Assembly: GCA_037379345.1 (NCBI GenBank)
Contig: CM074521.1
Coordinates: 30,900,704 to 30,964,703 of the forward strand
DNA: 64,000 nucleotides
Source of the DNA: Perna viridis
Lineage: Eukaryota
Direction: 5' to 3'
The translations under genes and the position numbers were made by a program. This document shows positions 38,294 to 50,602 of the stretch, in pieces; the stretch's first letter is position 1, and the number at the start of each line of letters is the position of its first letter. The notes under the pieces were generated by a model. That model was given only the letters and a program-made list of their open reading frames with translations. It searched no databases and had not been told where the DNA came from.

Positions 38294-40086
38294 TACTATG
38301 TTTATTCTTTGAATCGATTCCTGAGATCTTTTTCGTACATGTAGTCAATTGTGGTCGTCTTTTTCAATACACCTAAAAATCTTACTTCAATGGTTTTAAC
38401 CATCTCAATTTATAGTGAAATACTAATTTGTGGTGCAATGGAATTGAGAGTACAAGATCTCAAATTATATATGATAAGATAGTCTTATAAAATTCTTGAT
38501 ACCAATATCGTGTTTTCATCATTTGAAAGGTTGAATTTCTCACTTTCCCAATGGAGAAATGTGATGTACTTTTAGTTTTTCATTAAAATGAATCCTTTCA
38601 TTGAAATTAATTCGTTTTCATTCGAGGAAGGCGCGTGTATTTATTCTTAGTCGAAACAACCAACAATTAAAGACCGTATGGCATACATGTTTTTTACTTG
38701 TCAACCAATTGTTTATTCGAGACATTTCACCAGTGTCATTTGCTATTTCACCATACCGTTTTACCTAGTTCGGATGACTCGAACATAAAAGGAGGGGAAT
38801 AACGCAGCATAGACCATTACATGAGAACTTTTCATCATGACCACAAGACCAAGAACAGCTCGTATTAAAGTTTATCTTATATTTTGTGTTTGTATATGTC
38901 TCAATCTGATAAAAATACGCGATCTGAGTGTAGCATAATTAAAGATTTAATAATAATTAGATTGACATCGCATAAACGTGAACACATGGAACAGAGACGA
39001 ACACAAAGTAACAATATGAAGCGGCGTTTTTCATTTGCGACGGTTTACATTACAATTAATTTACTGTCGATTTCTTTTTTCTTTCACGTGCGCCGATTTT
39101 TTTTCTTTCAATTGCGCAGATTTTTATTTTTGCATTATAGGAATAAAATACTGTTAAAAAATTCATAATTTGTATGATATTTTAATGATATATCTTTACT
39201 TCATTTATCAATAATTATACCTCTTCTGTTTGCAGGTTGTGTGAATATTTTTATTTTTTTCATAATATTTATTTCATATTTTACAGTATCATAGCGGCAG
39301 ATCATCAGCATCTGTGGTCCTTACATTTCGATTGTTCAGCACAGTAATCATTTTGTATGCATGGCCATTACTAACCAAAGACTCGCTCTGTACGCATATG
39401 TTGCGACAATAAGTTTTCTATTACTATGAACACAAAGTTCAACAGAAAGGTATTTAACCAAATGGAGATCATATATCAAGTATACTTACTAGGGTAATAG
39501 ATGTATTCATTATAATAACCAGCCGTGCTGATGAAAAATAATAAGATCTATATATATCTTTATTCTCAATAACCTTAACATAGGTACAGAGAAATATGAC
39601 AAAACAAAATAAAATGTACAATTATACAATAATTATCAAATGAACAGAAACATAGGAGGTACACAGATATCAACAATTTACCCAGGAGATTCTAACCATT
39701 TATTAATAATATTAATAAATTTGCATAGCTTAACTAGCTCTGGTGGATGACTGCTATTCATTAATTCGTTGAGTTTAAGAATATTGGGGCGTAGATAAAA
39801 TTTTTGTTTAATATGCATCTTTCGTTCATTATTAAGAGTTGAACAAACCAGAAGATAATGAAATTCATCCCCGATATCTTGATTGTGACATAATGTACAA
39901 GTTTGATTTTCTCTTGAAATATTAAGCCATCTACCAGATTCAATAGGTAGTTTATGGTTCATAGTACGAAATCTGCAAAGAGTTATAGCATATTTGTCAA
40001 TAAGAATGTTGAAATAATTTTCAAACTTTAAGTTTTCTTTGTAAATCTTATAATTAAGAGCTTTTGGAGATTCATATACCTTGGAT

Positions 40087-41873
40087 GGTTTAATCCTGGT
40101 TTGCCCACATTTAATTATACCAATTACCAATTAGTTAAATAAACAAAAAAGACAAAGGGTTTACTGACCATAATATTTTATGGTCTGTTCTAAATAGAAA
40201 GGTGTTATATATGTATGTTTCTTTGTAAATGTATATAGAGGATTTTTTGTTTAACTGCATAGTTTATTTTTAATGTATAAATATAAAAAAAGATGAATAA
40301 CATATCTTTATATACTTTAATATTTAATTCATTTAAAGTCAATTACAATTAATTTTAACAATTGATTTTGACTGCAACAACATTGAAAGTAATCTTAACT
40401 AATATATTGCATATCAGACATATAATAGCACATATAATGCATATTTATACATGTATTATGGAAACAAAATTAAAGATACATATGTTAAAAACAAAATATA
40501 TGAAGCACTACAATATATATAGATCATAATAAAACAAGAATTTACAAACTATGCACATTATATTTCAGAATATATTAAAAGCACTGTTAATATATACAAA
40601 TTACAAGACACACAATATTTACAATGTCAATTATAAATCACAGTCTTTTAATCCAAGTAGAGGAGATGGGATGCTGCGTCGGCGTAGTCTACCACGTTGA
40701 TGAGTCCTCGTTGGTACCCCTCTTTGAGTTGCTGAAGTCTGGTGTCGATGACTCTGTATCTGCGTCTCTTTGGTGGGCGAACTCCTCCTGCTGCATACTG
40801 GATGATGGTGCATTCTGTAACTGCCTGTGTCTTCTGTAGTAACTATATGATCTGGTAGATATTTGGGTGGGCATGCTGGACTTTCTTCTTGATCTTGTTG
40901 TGCCATCCTTCAAGGTGGTTGGTGGTACGGGGTCCTTCGGTCTGGTAGTGGTTCCATAGGAAGCGTTGTCCTTCAACCCAAAACTCGGTCGCATAGTCGG
41001 TGAATGATATTGTGTCGGGTACGTTGTGAGCTTCTCCAATGTCTTCGAGTGCGTTGAGCCATACATCTTCAACTTGGTGCTGTGGAACCAGTGGTAGAAC
41101 TGCTGCTCGTCCGGGTGACCCTCATGTGTGTTGACTGTTGCTGGACAGGCTGGAATAGTACATCTCCAGTAAACTCTGTCGTTGCGTCTATTCTTCACTC
41201 TGAAACGGTGGTTCAGACATGAAACTCCTAGCTTGGATGCAGAATAGTATTCACATTATGTCAACTATTAAGCTTGGATACTGAACAGTTTCAATTTTCA
41301 AATTGATTAATAAATTGAATTTATTATATTATTTAATTTTAAAATGAAATGAAATAATATAATTACACAGTTAAACAATAAAGAAAGTGCAAATATTAAA
41401 ATAATTTCTAAATGGTATCATTAATTTTATTTTTTTAACAAGTATCATGCATTTAACTGTATCATTTGTCATAATTAGTTTTAAAAATGCATATTTTGTT
41501 GAACATATTCAAAAATATTTCATCAAGTTTCAACAAGTTTTGCTTCTTTTATAATAAAATCAAGCACAAAATTGAATATTTTGTTTAGATATTTAATTAA
41601 AAAGTACATGTTTTTGGCAAATTTTAAGGTATTTGGTCAAAATTGTATAAGTTTTGTCATTAAAATTGAGCATATTTCTAAAGAGTCTGCAAAAGATTTA
41701 TTATTAAAATGTTTATATTTCACTCCATTCAATAGTAAATTATAGGAGTTTTTATAATATTTTACATGTATATGTATACTACAATTCAGAAACAGACTTC
41801 AATTGTTAAAACAACATTACCCCTTATGTTTATTTATACAAGTATTTAAAAGTGGGCAAACCAGGATGACACC
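40087..41873 (-). mobile_element. Mutator-like (MULE) DNA transposon, internally deleted, FLYWCH-type N-terminus
   Basis: 28-bp TIRs (25/28 match, ggt.t.atcctggtttgcccac.tttaa); 8-bp TSD ccttggat (40079-40086 / 41874-41881). Coding remnant about 40648-41216: HRFRVK..RVYWRCTIPACPATV fused out of frame to LPLVP..DYATEFW..LWNHY..PRTTNHLEGWHNKIK..HPNIY. Confidence 0.88.
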
Positions 41874-42125
41874 CCTTGGATAGCCAGTTCTGTTTAAAAT
41901 TGTCTACAAGTGTTTGTTTTATAGAGGAATATAACCATATCGTGCTAACAAATGATTGTTCGATCCACACATGCGATTTTCCGCTATCATTTAGTATCGA
42001 CTCAACATATTTAAGCCACGGAGTATTAGCAAAATTCTTGTGCGCCAAGCGATAAAGAATACAAGGTATCTTACCATCGCTACCACTAATGAGCTTTGCC
42101 CAATAGTTGATAATTCGCAGTTTAA

Positions 42126-42582
42126 GGCTAAAAACCACTAATTCCACTTCCCATAGGCTTCTATGCTAATTTCACAATATTCAATGGCTTCTCTGGACTT
42201 TACCTTAACTTTAACCTGCAGATGACTATATATCAGCATGATTCTACATATGTCAGCTCACAATCCTCAGAATGGCATGTGGGGTTAGCAGACGTGCAGT
42301 GCAGTACTGGTCACCGGAAGTGAAGTGTCTATAAATAGCATGGGAAATCCCAGTGTTTTCACAAGATAGGGGTATATTTAGAAATCATTATGGAGATTAG
42401 GCTTCACTTCACAAGAAGCAAAATGCACCTATAAAATGTACAGAAATGTTTTTCCTTTCAGAAATTTTTTAAATGAGATGAGAACTTTTTCACAGCACTA
42501 TGAGGAACAGGGGTAATTTCTGCGTAGGACTATTTTTGCGTACGTTCCAAATGCTCATTGGTTGAATTGGTGGTCTGTAACC
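42126..42582. mobile_element. Kolobok-like non-autonomous DNA transposon, copy A
   Basis: GG...CC termini, imperfect TIR of about 21 bp (ggctaaaaaccactaattcca vs ggttacagaccaccaattcaa), TTAA TSD; removing it restores the LINE frame ICIKLRIINYW. Confidence 0.85.
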
Positions 42583-44948
42583 TTAATACATATCTCAAGA
42601 TGATAACGTCCGAGTTCCCCGTATATCATGAAATCCGGAGTCGATTTTTTAACGTTCATAATTAATTTACAGAATTTAATATGCACTCTTTCGATGACAG
42701 AGATATTGTCAGCGCCCCAAACTTCACAACCATATTATAGTATTGGCTGTATAATCTCATCAAATAAATCTATTTGACATTCTATGGACAGGTTGTGTAT
42801 CATTCCATTCCGTATGAGACCATACATCTCGCGCTTTCGCAAATCCTCCTGTCCTAGAAAAGACAACTCCAAGGTACATGAATTCATTTACAATGTCTAA
42901 TTCCTTTCCATTGTATTTCAAACTAATGTTATCAAGGGGTCTTCCCTTAGAAAATATAACAATTTGACTTTTATCCACATTAACCTTTAGTTTCCATCGA
43001 GTACAATATTCATGTAAAGAATTCAATTGGTTTTGAAGATCTATTGCAGTTTCGGACAATAGAACAATAGAACAGTATAATCTGCATATAATATAAGAAA
43101 AAGCTTAACATATTTATCAAGTTCTGCTTCTATATCACCTAAGAGATATAAAGAGAGAACAATATAGGGAAAAGGTTTCCCCCTTGTCTGACTCCAATAT
43201 TACATGGGAAAAAATCAGAGTATTCTACACCATTAAATATTCTCGACTTTACATTACTATACATATTTTTAATAACATTATACATCTTGCCATCAATCGA
43301 TGATTCTAATAATTTTGACCATTTTAGTTTTTAGATCGGATGGAAACTAATAAAACCGGCGAATGACATATCAAACACCAAATGGCCTAGCTTTTGATTA
43401 ATTTCAAGACGACTTTGAAAATTTATGTTATGTGGTTGTTGCTTATTTTTTCGTATATATGATATATCTAGACTTTAACTTCCACATTTTAGAGAAAAAC
43501 AGACATTAAAAAAGTTTAAAATTAACTGCAATGGCTGCTTTGCAAAACTGGTCACAAAGTCTTGCCAAATTGTACCTTTTCCATGTGTTAAATCTATCAT
43601 CTTTCTAGTTTTTCGCATGTCATGCGGTCTGAACTATGAAAAATAAGGTTATTTAATAAAACAATTTTATTAAAGGTATTTCAATCATGGTAACATTAAT
43701 TGACTAAAGGTGTTTAAATTTTAAAAAAAATTTAATTATCCACTTTTTGTTCTTTTTTTATTTTATTCCCATAAAAAAGCAAATTTATTATCTGGGAAAA
43801 CTTCCTTATCCCTGGTATTAAAACGTTCAGAAAACACGAAATATTACCAATCAAATTCTAGATATTTTACATTATATTGCAAAATTCTATGGCTGAAAAT
43901 TGAAAATCTACGACTTCGAAAATTAGTTCATGAGAAAATATCGATATTATCTAAAAATTTAACTTTCCCAATGGATGACTTTTTACTGAGTACACAATTT
44001 TCTATTACTTTTGAAGAAATATTGGACTCTATTCATAAAAAGGGGTAATTGCACATGTACTATGAGTTCGATTAATGAACAGACAAAAAATAAATAGTTG
44101 TTGAGAAAAGGACGTGTCTTGGGTACTATCCGCGCCTACCGTGTCAATTAATAAAGCCAGTATAATATCAAACGAAACATGTTTGCTTTGTTAGTATGTC
44201 TTCCTGATTTCTATTTAAGGATCGTTTCCAATTGTTGTTTAGATTATGGGATATAAACGATTTTGGGTTGGAATACCCCGAATAAACCACGAAGAATACT
44301 TCAACTTTAGCGTATTTTGATTCTCCATTGAAGTAACTCTGTGGGTAGGGAGCATGGCTAAAATACCACGTTCGGTAATACAAAATGGAAAATGTTGCTC
44401 GATAATGCTGTACTATTCTGAATTCAAAAATAAATACTTATTATTACTTTACTGATTCCGTTGTTATGGTTTGTTTGCTAATTTGCTTGTGATTTTGATG
44501 TNNNNNNNNNNNNNNNNNNNNNNNNNNNNNNNNNNNNNNNNNNNNNNNNNNNNNNNNNNNNNNNNNNNNNNNNNNNNNNNNNNNNNNNNNNNNNNNNNNN
44601 NNNNNNNNNNNNNNNNNNNNNNNNNNNNNNNNNNGGTGCTTGCCTGCTAGGCAGTTTCTGCTTTATTTCAACCTCTTCTAATTGTTATCAACACTTTTAA
44701 TGCCTCTAATTCAATCGACGATGTGTCTGTTAATTCCTTAAGTCCCATGCCCACCCTTCATTAAATGATCAATGTTTTCACTTGTAATGGCTTCAAAATT
44801 TCGTTCCGTTATCTTCAATAAAGTCTTTCCAAATTGTCTAATGTAAAATTAATGCCATAGCTCAGGACCATCGAATTAGTCTCTTACATTTTGCCAAGGT
44901 AAGCCTACTGTATCTGCGTCATTTAGCGAGTACAATGCATTTGTAAAG

Positions 44949-44954
44949 TTTATT
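44949..44954 (-). terminator. Candidate poly(A) signal of the sHSP gene (copy 1 equivalent 36269-36274)
   Basis: TTTATT on + (AATAAA on -), about 355 nt after the stop. Confidence 0.45.
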
Positions 44955-45307
44955 ATATACTTTGGAGAACTAAGGACTTACAATTCGATATTGTAATATG
45001 TTTAATGATTCTTTTCAATAAGAAACAATGATATGACCCACTAATTTGCTAGTACATTGTATCTATTACCAATTTTATAACATAAACATGTCATCATACT
45101 AACTTGTTCAAAGACCCACTACTGACACGCTGACGGGCACTTAATCATTGTCCGATTTTTCAAAATTTCATATTTTCACACAAATCAGAAAATTTTAAGG
45201 AAATCAAACAAATATTAAAATAGTCAGAAATGTCTCATATTGTGAATAGAAATAAATTCAAGAGTAATATTATCGTGAATTTCTTTCAGAGTTCACAATG
45301 TTCAAGA

Positions 45308-46021
45308 TTATTTCTTTTCTTGTTCCATATCCTCGGTCTCCAGATTTGGAGCACGGATGGTCAGATTTCCTTCGTTGTCCCGGAAACATTGGATATTTGC
45401 GGAATCAACTTCTTGCGGCACGGTCATTTGACGACAGAATGATTCCCTGACTTCATGGCCGTCCTCAGAGCGTTGACGTTCTCCTTGTGCTGTAAGCACA
45501 CCATCTTTGCAAGAAATTTTAACTTCTTGTGGGTCGAAATTACCGACGAAGAATTTCATCAAGTTGTTGTGGCTGTCGTTTTGTGCGAGGGCTCCGCTCT
45601 GGTGTGGCATCACCGCAAGCTGTCTTTCTTCTGATGCCCTGTAAGGAGCCTCTAAGATGAGTGATCCATCCGATCTCATGAAGCTGTGGATTTTATCAGA
45701 ATCCACATTTTCCGGAACCTTTACTGTTCTCTTTCTCTCAACGGTATCATACCATTCATCATTTCCCTCTGTGTACTTAGCATGGATGAAGACTTTGCCG
45801 TTCTCAACCTTCACTTTAACATGTTCCGGGTCGAAATCTCCAATTTTCACGCTAAAACTCCACTTTCTGTCGGCTAACGAAGTTTCCGGTCGTCTCCTCC
45901 TTGCTGAACGCATGCCCATGGGTCCACCAAAACCTCCCCATGGATCCATAAAGTGAAACATGTCGTCAAAATCATGTTGTGTTTGGTTATAACGATTCCA
46001 AACTACTGGTATATACGCCAT
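45308..46021 (-). CDS. Small heat-shock protein with two alpha-crystallin (HSP20) domains, p40/major-egg-antigen-like, 237 aa, intronless CDS
   Basis: Two ACD signatures: FDPEHVKVKV..G..IHAK..R.VKVPENVD..I.S....DGSLILEAP and FDPQEVKISC.DGVL...GE...FCRQMTVPQEVD..I.....EGNLTIRAP; Phe/Met/Trp-rich N-terminal arm. Confidence 0.93.
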   Translation of the reverse strand: MAYIPVVWNRYNQTQHDFDDMFHFMDPWGGFGGPMGMRSARRRRPETSLADRKWSFSVKIGDFDPEHVKVKVENGKVFIHAKYTEGNDEWYDTVERKRTVKVPENVDSDKIHSFMRSDGSLILEAPYRASEERQLAVMPHQSGALAQNDSHNNLMKFFVGNFDPQEVKISCKDGVLTAQGERQRSEDGHEVRESFCRQMTVPQEVDSANIQCFRDNEGNLTIRAPNLETEDMEQEKK

Positions 46022-49000
46022 ATTTATACCTTATAGCCTTGAACTTCAACAATAAGGCTATCGATCTCAAACCGTCTGTATTAAATCTAGTTCATATTTC
46101 CTTATTTGGTCACCCTTTCTGCGAAATAACATCTAAAAGTTTTCTTATTTAAACCATCTAAAACAAAGAGTAACAGTGTTTTTTTATGATTATTTTCATT
46201 TTCGCTAGCTATTTTAATTATCATATATTGTACGTTTAACCGNNNNNNNNNNNNNNNNNNNNNNNNNNNNNNNNNNNNNNNNNNNNNNNNNNNNNNNNNN
46301 NNNNNNNNNNNNNNNNNNNNNNNNNNNNNNNNNNNNNNNNNNNNNNNNNNNNNNNNNNNNNNNNNNNNNNNNNNNNNNNNNNNNNNNNNNNNNNNNNNCA
46401 CGCGAAAAAAATTGCAGTAAAATTGTACAACACCAATTAAATTTACAGTTATGGCAGACAAAAAGTCGGTAAAAGAAAAAGTCACTGGAAGTAAATTAAA
46501 TATCTGGGTAGGAAAATCGATATAGTGAAATACTAATTTATGGTGCAATGGAATTGAGAGTACAAGATCTCAAATTATATATGATAAGATAGTCTTATAA
46601 AATTCTTGATACCAATAACGTGTTTTCATCATGTGAAAGGTTGAATTTCTCACTTTCCCAATGGAGAAATGTGATGTACTTTTAGTTTTTCATTAAAGTG
46701 AATCCTTTCATTGAAATTAATTCGTTTTCATTCGAGGAAGGCGCGTGTATTTATTCTTAGTCGAAACAACCAACAATTAAAGACTGTATGACATACATGT
46801 TTTTTACTTGTCAACCAATTGTTTATTCGAGACATTTCACTAGTGTCATTTGCTATTTCACCATACCGTTTTACCTAGTTCGGATGACACGAACATAAAA
46901 AGAGGGGAATAACGCAGCATAGACCATTACATGAGAACTTTTCATCATGACCACAAGACCAAAAACGGTTCGTATTAAAGTTTATCTTATATTTTGTGTT
47001 TGTTTGTATATGTCTCAATCTGATTAAAATACACGATCTAAGTGTAGCATAATTAAAGATTTAATAATAATTAGATTGACATCGCATAAACGTGAACACA
47101 TGGAACAGAGACGAACACAAAGTAACAATATGAAGCGGCGTTTTTCATTTGCGACGGTTTACATTACAATTAATTTATTGTCGATTTCTTTTTTCTTTCA
47201 AATGCGCCGATTTTATTTTTTTTTCAATTGCGCAGATTTTTATTTTTGCATTATAGGAATAAAATACTGTTAAAAAATTCATAATTTGTACGATATTTTA
47301 ATGATATATCTTTACTTCATTTATCAATAATTATACCTCTTCTGTTTGCAAGTTGTGTGAATATTTTTATTTTTTTCATAACATTTATTTCATATTTTAC
47401 AGTATCATAGCGGCAGATCATCAGCATCTGTGGTCCTTACATTTCGATTGTTCAGCACAGTAATCATTTTGTATGCATGGCCATTACTAACCAAAGACTC
47501 GCTCTGTACGCATATGTTGCGACAATAAGTTTTCTATTACTATGAACACAAAGTTCAACAGAAAGGTATTTAACCAAATGGAGATCATATATCAAGTATA
47601 CTTACTAGGGTAATAGATGTATTCATTATAATAACCAGCCGTGCTGATGAAAAATAATAAGATCGGCGCAAGTGAAATGCTAAAAGAATGGAAACTAATA
47701 AAACCGGCGAATAACATATCAAACACCAAATGGCCTAGCTGTTCATTAATTTGAAGACGACTTTGAAAATTTATGTTATGTGGTTATTGCTTATTTTTTC
47801 GTATATATGATATATCTAGACTTTAACTTCCACATTTTAGAGAAAAACAGACATTAAAAAAGTTTAAAATTAACTGCAATGGCTGCTATGCAAAACAGGT
47901 CACAAAGTCTTGCCAAATTGTGCCTTTTCCATGTGTTAAATCTATCATCTTTCTAGTTTTTCGCATGTCATGCGGTCTGAACTATGAAAAATAAGGTTAT
48001 TTAATAAAACAAATTTATTAAAGGTATTTCAATCATGATAACATTAATTGACTAAAGGTGTTTAAATTTAAATAAAAATATAATTATCCACTTTTTGTTC
48101 TTTTTTTATTTTATTCCCATAAAAAAGCAAATTTATTATCTGGCAAAACTTCCTTATCCCTGGTATTAAAAAGTTCAGAAAACACGAAATATTACCAATC
48201 AAATTTTAGATATTTTACATTATACTGCAAGATTCTATGGCTGAAAATTGAAAATCTACGACTTCGAAAATTAGTTCATGAGAAAATATCGAAATTATCT
48301 AAAAATTTAACTTTCCCAATGGATGACTTTTTACTAAGTACACAATTTTTTATTACTTTTGAAGAAATATTGTGCAATACTGTAGCTCTAGCTTTTCATT
48401 CGAAAGTCATAATGAAAAACATGAAATAAAGGGAATGTTGATACTTTTCTGTTTCCATGGCAACATTTATTCTAAAAATATTTCTAAGAGTAATCAAGGG
48501 AACCAAGGTTATAGGGGTAATCAAAAGAATGTAATCCAGGGACAAAGACCAGATCTAAGTGATACATTATCTCACTTTATGGTATTTATAAAACCAAACT
48601 TGAGCCAAATTCCCACAAGTACATTACGTAACACGTTCATCGAATTTTATAGAGAACGACTCTTAATATGATGTGGTCCAACCTCTAACTAATTCGCTTT
48701 CTAATCATGTAACTATACAAATAGAGTGCCTTGACGGTACAATTAGGTCTTTTCTTCAATCGAAGGTACCATGTTTATACGCATTTCAACAGTTGACAGA
48801 ATTTGATGGTATAAATGCTGCCAGGTTGTTAACTTTGGTATGGATATAATATATAGCCCTTCCCCTACTCTCTCAAATCAAAACCATGACTGGGTAGATC
48901 AGATTAAAGATCCATATGTCCGCCCAAAGTCTTGTGAACGCAACTCCTTTGAAACCGCTGGAGGGATTTTATTCAATTTTGTACGATTGTTAGATACGGG

Positions 49001-49773
49001 AGTTATCATGGGACTATTTTTTTTGGCTAATGACATGTGAACCCAACAGAGTGGTTGTGTAGAGGAAGCGATTTTACGATTGTTTGTTCATTTATGTAAT
49101 TCGGAAGCTAGACGACGAGCACTATAACCTTTTTCTACGACTATTAAAACCGATCTTTCTAATACTACGTTTATTTACACAATATATACATTCCCATATT
49201 TGAGTACAATGTTTACCGATCGAACTCTGATTTCTAACTGTGAATAATTTTATGCCGAATCTGAACCAAAACAATTAACCTAAATGTAACGGAAAATTCC
49301 CCAAATTACAAATTTGAACCATTACTGTTTCAGTGTCTGTCTTATACAGGTCATTAAACATGTTAAGCTGCTGACCGCCATCAAAATAATTAATTCCATA
49401 TACTGGATGACCAGACAAACAACGACTATCTTATCTTAACTAGGTCAAGGTTACAATTCGATTTCTATGTAAAATTATCAATGAAAATTAAAAGTGTAAA
49501 GAAATAACACTAATTAAAAACGTTATCTAAAATCATATGAAAATTGAAGTCAAAAATATAATTGTCTTCTAAACACCATATCTTTATTTTTTCAAATAAA
49601 AATACTTCCTTGATACATATAAAACATGTAATACTCTCGTCAATAATTGACAAAAGTACATTTTTTTTTATAAAAGGACTTTTGTTGGACATGTTTTTCC
49701 TTCTCTACTGATAATGTTTGCCTAACGCTCGCATATAGTGTCATTCCGCGCTATAATCTGCACAGACAAGCAA

Positions 49774-50158
49774 GGTTAACCAACGGAATGATATTTCAGC
49801 CAATGAGCTTTGAGCGCGTACCAAAAATAGTCCAACACTAGTTTTAGTGCACCTGTGTTATGTTTCCGTGGAAAAAGTGCACACCAAATCTGCACTTAAG
49901 TGAGCTTGTGTTTGGCAGGGAATTATATTTTCTTTATTTCCATATAAAATAGTCACTGTAAATTACAGAATTAAATATTTTTTTATAAGTTCTGCATGAA
50001 ACACCCTTTTTGTGAAATATAAGGGAATTCTATTTTTAGCTCATTGTCATCTAGGAGCCGGTGCGCACTGCAAGGTAGGAGAACCCACATAATATTTTCA
50101 GGGCTATTAGTGTACACATGCAGCTTTTAGGTGATGTATAATCTTTTTCAGGTTAACC
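49774..50158. mobile_element. Diverged Kolobok-like element upstream of ABCB6
   Basis: ggttaacc at both ends, TTAA on the right (left flank gcaa is imperfect); ttca.ccaatgagc.tt.g..cgtac.caaaaatagtcc matches the reverse complement of the right end of 42126-42582. Confidence 0.55.
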
Positions 50159-50211
50159 TTAAGATAGAAGCTCCATAACTCATTGAACTTAATGAAATTA
50201 ACATTGCACCC
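49878..50211 (+). promoter_or_regulatory. Cluster of MRE cores (TGCRCNC) upstream of ABCB6
   Basis: TGCACAC 49878-49884; palindromic GTGCGCAC 50061-50068 (matches on both strands); TGCACCC 50205-50211. Confidence 0.4.
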
Positions 50212-50499
50212 TATGGGAAGTGACATTAGTGATTTGTAGTCTTGACACAAACAGATAAGGAGAGTGTGATTTTATTATGGGACGAAATGTCCTGTAAACC
50301 GCTTGTAGGTTATTATTTAGGACGTCACAATTTTCGGCACAAAAAAAGGACCTTGTCGATATACTTGAAAAAGCTGTTTGTATTTCGTAAAATTTGGAAA
50401 AATATATCACATGGGTTTGCTTTAGATAGTTTTAATTTACCAATTTCTTTTGCAACTCCAATTTCCGTTTAAAATCGTGAAAATCGCGACATGTGTGAC

Positions 50500-50602
50500 T
50501 CTTTGTCTTACGCAACCTCAGCTTTTACAACAACACTTTCATTTTAACATCTTTTTGATTTTGTTGTTGATTGGTAACACAGAATATTTGGTCGACTAAC
50601 AG
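50500..50602 (+). other. ABCB6: Putative non-coding first exon of ABCB6 (start approximate)
   Basis: Locally CpG-retaining region, CAG|gtgggt donor at 50603; the first coding exon has an acceptor (ttccag, 52925) 12 nt before the ATG, so an upstream UTR exon is needed. Confidence 0.45.

Larger units (their letters stand above)
39549..43332 (-). mobile_element. 5'-truncated non-LTR retrotransposon (LINE), interrupted twice
   Basis: RT motifs GVRQGE and LYAD(Y)..SET..DLQNQLN.L.EYC.RWKLKVNVDKS; KSTPDFMIYGELGRY; C-terminal HKLPIESGRW..C.LC...IGDEFHYLLVC; AATAAA at its 3' end near 39560; agatc TSD (39544-39548 / 43333-43337); absent from copy 2 near 47660. Confidence 0.9.
35376..44024. repeat. Tandem segmental duplication, copy 1 (sHSP unit plus 3.8 kb nested TE insertion)
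   Basis: 35376-39548 and 43333-44024 align to 44022-48372; the junction at 44022-44024 is sequenced and has ttg microhomology. Confidence 0.92.
44022..48372. repeat. Tandem segmental duplication, copy 2
   Basis: Begins ttggactctattcataaaa like 35376; ends gaagaaatattg like 44024; lacks the LINE insertion and about 610 bp (37801-38410). Confidence 0.92.

Noticed and set aside
40689-41198. 169-aa ORF as a novel protein
   Set aside because: Only the first 25 or so residues are real (FLYWCH-like); the rest is the wrong frame of the MULE remnant.
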